DNA of 64,000 nt from an uncultured bacterium (GTDB lineage: Bacteria; Oederibacteriota; PGYV01; CAWJRG01), in NCBI GenBank assembly GCA_963845185.1, contig CAWJRG010000010.1, positions 128,001-192,000 of the forward strand, read 5' to 3'. Every line of letters starts with the position of its first letter. The first letter of the stretch is position 1. Made by a program: the position numbers and the translations under genes. The notes below the pieces were generated by a model. That model saw only the letters and a list, made by a program, of their open reading frames with translations. It ran no database searches and was not told the origin of the DNA. Shown here piece by piece: positions 60,781-64,000 of this stretch.

Positions 60781-60826
60781 ATTTTTACTGCTCCTTTTAT
60801 AGTTCCATATTTTGCTCTTGCTACTA

Positions 60827-60859
60827 CCTCACCCTACCCTCTCACGTCGAGGGAGAGGG
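60827..60859. repeat. BoxC/REP-like palindrome
   Basis: CCTCACCCTACCCTCTC..GAGAGGG pattern. Confidence 0.6.
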
Positions 60860-60884
60860 ATATCTAATTATTTTAGTTTTATGT

Positions 60885-61538
60885 TTATTCTATCCACTTT
60901 GAATATACTTTTGTATCTATATCCTCCCTTCTTGGCGGGTTTTGAGCCGGATATCCAACAGCACAGCCGTCAATTTCATACTCGCCCATTTTTAATCCCA
61001 GAATATCCATAAATTCCTTGTTTTTTGACATCGTGCCTGTTGCTGATATGAGCTGGAATCCCAAACCCAGCGCAGTTGCCTTAAGCCACATGTTCTCCAG
61101 TGCGTGAGCCATTGATTGTTTTTCCGAGGCCGGGATGCCTTTTCTTTCGGCTATTACTATATAATATGGAGCTGTTTCCAGAGTCGGCATTCCCTTTTCA
61201 GAAGCCATTGCCAGCCTTTCTATGAAAGTTTTTGATTTTTCCTTAAGTTTCGCGTTGAATGAAGCTGCAAATTTTAATTTCTTTAAGTTCTTCTTTGTAT
61301 TTAAAATTATCATTTCTTTGGCTTTGGTATGCGCGTCTGAACCTCTTTTCATTACTACAAATTTCCTTGTCTGTTCCAGGGGAATCCCTGTTGCGCCTGT
61401 GTAAGGCCCTGCAAATCCTGCCTTTATTATGTTTTCGATATTCTCCCTGCTTACGTCATCCGTCTTAAAGTTCCTTATGGACCTTCTTTTCTGGATGATT
61501 TCGTCCAGAATTGCATTCTCTTCCTGGTTTGTTGCCAT
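60885..61538 (-). CDS. Nitroreductase family protein
   Basis: RRSIR.F, ENMWL.ATALGLG and VGYP motifs. Confidence 0.9.
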   Translation of the reverse strand: MATNQEENAILDEIIQKRRSIRNFKTDDVSRENIENIIKAGFAGPYTGATGIPLEQTRKFVVMKRGSDAHTKAKEMIILNTKKNLKKLKFAASFNAKLKEKSKTFIERLAMASEKGMPTLETAPYYIVIAERKGIPASEKQSMAHALENMWLKATALGLGFQLISATGTMSKNKEFMDILGLKMGEYEIDGCAVGYPAQNPPRREDIDTKVYSKWIE

Positions 61539-61551
61539 TTTGTTTCTCCTT

Positions 61552-61652
61552 TGATATCGTTTGTTTTGCCAAGCTGTTATAGAGCAGGCAAAACATTACG
61601 ATATCATGTACCCGTTCCAGTCTAAGGCCGCCAGGCCGAAGACAAGCGGTAC
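61552..61652. repeat. Two-hairpin structured repeat, copy 3
   Basis: GTACCCGTTCCAGTC..GGCC..GGCCGAAGACAAGCGGTAC, preceded by a long hairpin. Confidence 0.68.
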
Positions 61653-61680
61653 TTTGATATCATTTATTTTGCCAAGCTGG

Positions 61681-62826
61681 CTATTTCAATTCAAATGTTG
61701 CCACGGATTCCACATGCTTTGTCTGCGGAAACATGTCGAATACAGCAAGGTCTTTCATCTCGTAATGTTCTCTCAGTGCTTCCGCGTCATTTGCCAGCTG
61801 CTCCGGGTTGCATGAGACATATATGATGGTTTCAGGCTTTATTTCTGCAATAAACGACGCTGTTTTTTTGTGCAGCCCTGAGCGCGGCGGGTCAAGTACA
61901 AACGCGCTTTTTTTGTTTATAAAATAATAATTTATCTGATTCATGTCTTCGGCGTTTATTTCGTGAATCCTGATATTGCCAACCTTGTTTTCTTCCACAT
62001 TTTTTCTCGCGCATGCTATATTGACTTTGCTGTTGTCAACTATATGGACTTCCTGCGCAACCCCGGACAAAAATATCCCGAAGGTGCCTATCCCGCCGAA
62101 TAAATCCAGCAAAGCATCGTATTTGCCTGATAATTTTTCTTTTATGTAATAAAGCATGTCCACTGATACCGCTGAGTTGCTCTGAAAAAAACCCTGGGTA
62201 TGGTAATAATATTTCATGCCAGCCAGTGTCTCGTAAATTACGTCGCTGCCTTTTATTATTTCGTAATTATCTGTCACACTTACGTCGGTGTTGTGCGCCA
62301 CAAGGCCGGCAAGCATGTTTTTTATGCTGGAACCAGGCGCAAAATCCCTGATTAATTTTTTATGCTCCGGCGCTTTGTCCGAATCCTTGTTTAAAATAAA
62401 AGTCACGGATGCTTCTTTTGAAAAATAAGGGCTCCGTATGACTGCGTATCGCAGAGTGCCTTTATTTTCCCTGTTTTTAAAAACCTCTATTTTCTCCTTA
62501 TTTGCCATATACCACGCATTTATTTCAGAAAATATCCTGTTTATTTCCTCGTTTGCAATATAGCATTCTTCAAAATTTACTATTTTGGAAAATTTCCCCT
62601 TTTCCCTCAGGCCCATTCCCTGTTCTGAAAAAATAAAATCCATGCGGTTCCTGTAATAATATTCGCCCTTAAAAAAGACCTTTATATTGCCCGGTGGTTC
62701 AATGTGGTGCATGCGCAGCCTGTCCAGGACTTCCTTTTTCTTTATTTCAAGCTGCTGGGAGTATTCCATGTCCTGGTATGTGCAGCCACCGCATTTCTTA
62801 AAAACCGGGCATATAGCTTCTCTCAA
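61681..62826 (-). CDS. RNA (uracil-5)-methyltransferase, RlmD/TrmA family (no TRAM domain)
   Basis: C....CGGC Fe-S motif, YRNR, FFQ, DPPRSG, YVSCNP and DMFPQT.HVE motifs. Confidence 0.92.
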   Translation of the reverse strand: MREAICPVFKKCGGCTYQDMEYSQQLEIKKKEVLDRLRMHHIEPPGNIKVFFKGEYYYRNRMDFIFSEQGMGLREKGKFSKIVNFEECYIANEEINRIFSEINAWYMANKEKIEVFKNRENKGTLRYAVIRSPYFSKEASVTFILNKDSDKAPEHKKLIRDFAPGSSIKNMLAGLVAHNTDVSVTDNYEIIKGSDVIYETLAGMKYYYHTQGFFQSNSAVSVDMLYYIKEKLSGKYDALLDLFGGIGTFGIFLSGVAQEVHIVDNSKVNIACARKNVEENKVGNIRIHEINAEDMNQINYYFINKKSAFVLDPPRSGLHKKTASFIAEIKPETIIYVSCNPEQLANDAEALREHYEMKDLAVFDMFPQTKHVESVATFELK

Positions 62827-62863
62827 ATTATCTCCTATTTGGAAAATTAGTACAAAAAATAAA

Positions 62864-62924
62864 CCCCCCTTAATCCCCCTTTGTTAAAGGGGGAAACCCG
62901 ATCCCCCTCCTTAATAAGGAGGGG
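62864..62924. repeat. C/G-rich double-hairpin dispersed repeat
   Basis: CCCCCTTAATCCCCCTTT..AAAGGGGGA...CCCCTCCTT..AAGGAGGGG. Confidence 0.6.
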
Positions 62925-63026
62925 TTGAATATTCCAGTGGAATATTCAACGTTGAGAGTCCCAAAAACTTATCATAAGTATTTCTCAACAGGAACAGTGG
63001 AGGTTTGCCTTATATTTTTAAAATTA

Positions 63027-63371
63027 TCACCCTGGTGGCCAGTTAAACACACGGCCGCCGAGCAGATGCAAATGCAAATGGTCTACTGCCATGCCTGCGT
63101 CTTTATTTGTATTAAAAACCGTCCTGTATCCGCTTTCCGCTATCCCTTTTTGTTTTGCCAGCGTCTTTGCCGCCAAAAAAAGTTTACCAACAATATCCTT
63201 GTCTCCTTCGCCCAACGCATTAATTGACAGTATGTGCCTTTTCGGCACAATAAGAATGTGCACTGGCGCAGCTGGATTGATATCCTCAAAAGCAACCAAA
63301 TCCGCGTCTTCGAAAACTATTTTCGAAGGAATCTTTTTCTCGGCTATTTTACAAAAAAGGCAGTCAGGCAT
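63027..63371 (-). CDS. Histidine triad (HIT) nucleotide-binding protein
   Basis: DCLFCKI, HLHLHLLGG and C-terminal WPPG. Confidence 0.95.
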   Translation of the reverse strand: MPDCLFCKIAEKKIPSKIVFEDADLVAFEDINPAAPVHILIVPKRHILSINALGEGDKDIVGKLFLAAKTLAKQKGIAESGYRTVFNTNKDAGMAVDHLHLHLLGGRVFNWPPG

Positions 63372-63384
63372 ATTAAACCTCCAA

Positions 63385-63520
63385 GTAAAAAAGTTTCTAG
63401 TTTCTAATATATGGTTTCTAGTTTAAAGCAGTGGTTAAATGTTGAATGTTGCCTGTTAAATGTAAAAAAATCTCTTCTGTTTCATATCCAACCTTAAACT
63501 TCAAACCTTAAACCCTAAAC
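63385..63520. repeat. Degenerate 7-nt tandem repeats, partly in inverted arrangement
   Basis: GTTTCTA, GTTAAAT/GTTGAAT and CTTAAAC/CTTCAAA units; similar tract at 9635-9725. Confidence 0.55.
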
Positions 63521-64000
63521 TGTAATTTCTGCATACACCTTGCCGTTTTTAACTTCTGTTATCATAACCGGCACAAGCCGTCTTACAAGTTTCTTTGATT
63601 TATCTGTTTCTTTTATATTAACCCTTATATAGTTTTCAGTATAGCCGGCAAAATATCCTGCCTTTGGGTTGTCTTCAACAAGCACAGTCAAGTTTTTGCC
63701 CTTATTTTTTTCTGCGAATTCTTTTTCTTTCATCTTTCCAATACCTATTAGAATCTTCACCCTGTGTTTTTTTTCCCGTTCCGTTATTTTGTCTTTCATT
63801 TTTTCGGCTTTTGTTCCAGGCCTGTCCGAATAAGGAAAAACATGCAGCCTGGTAATAGGCGCTTGCCTGATAAACTCGCAGGTATTTTCAAACTCACCTA
63901 TGCCTTCGCCCGGGAACCCTGCTATTATATCCGTTGTTATTGCCGCTCCCGGAATCCTGCTTATAATATATGCTGCTTTTCCCATGTATTCATTGGAAGT
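63515..64000 (-). CDS. mtaB: tRNA methylthiotransferase MtaB, C-terminal part (runs off window)
   Basis: TTDIIAGFPGE, LHVFPYS.RPGT.A and GYTENY motifs; mtaB-HIT order. Confidence 0.85.
   Translation of the reverse strand, partial: TSNEYMGKAAYIISRIPGAAITTDIIAGFPGEGIGEFENTCEFIRQAPITRLHVFPYSDRPGTKAEKMKDKITEREKKHRVKILIGIGKMKEKEFAEKNKGKNLTVLVEDNPKAGYFAGYTENYIRVNIKETDKSKKLVRRLVPVMITEVKNGKVYAEITV

Noticed and set aside
49479..63520. CRISPR array
   Set aside because: Repeats are 7-nt tandem units or coding repeats with no unique spacers, and there are no cas genes.

Overview
A 64-kb bacterial chromosomal window using the standard genetic code, with most genes on the minus strand. It probably comes from a diderm candidate-phylum genome: the Thr/Pro-rich linkers and FlgD-like C-terminal domains recall Ca. 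Goldiibacteriota (inference only). Core genes include tig-clpP-clpX-lon running into LPS/EPS glycosyltransferases, four tRNAs, xylB with a xylA-like gene, menA, an RlmD-like methylase, a HIT protein and partial mtaB. Three features stand out. (1) A sigma54-type nitrogen module (16.8-22.4 kb): a secreted protein, an APC permease fused to a P-II domain and a free P-II, then amtB-glnK. Both promoters carry paired 17-bp enhancer-like palindromes. Both operons end in the same ~85-nt structured element, whose loop is complementary to the amtB ribosome-binding site (candidate 3'-UTR sRNA). (2) A ~100-nt two-hairpin repeat with compensatory base changes, in three copies; two abut Shine-Dalgarno sequences. 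(3) A mosaic tandem array of secreted PQQ-like beta-propeller genes (47-59 kb) with orphan C-terminal-domain cassettes, heptamer tracts and poly-G runs, downstream of a giant propeller/prenyltransferase-barrel/CBM3 gene. Four frameshifts, including one in lon, suggest some indel sequencing error, so disrupted genes need read-level checks. All calls were made by eye, without database searches.
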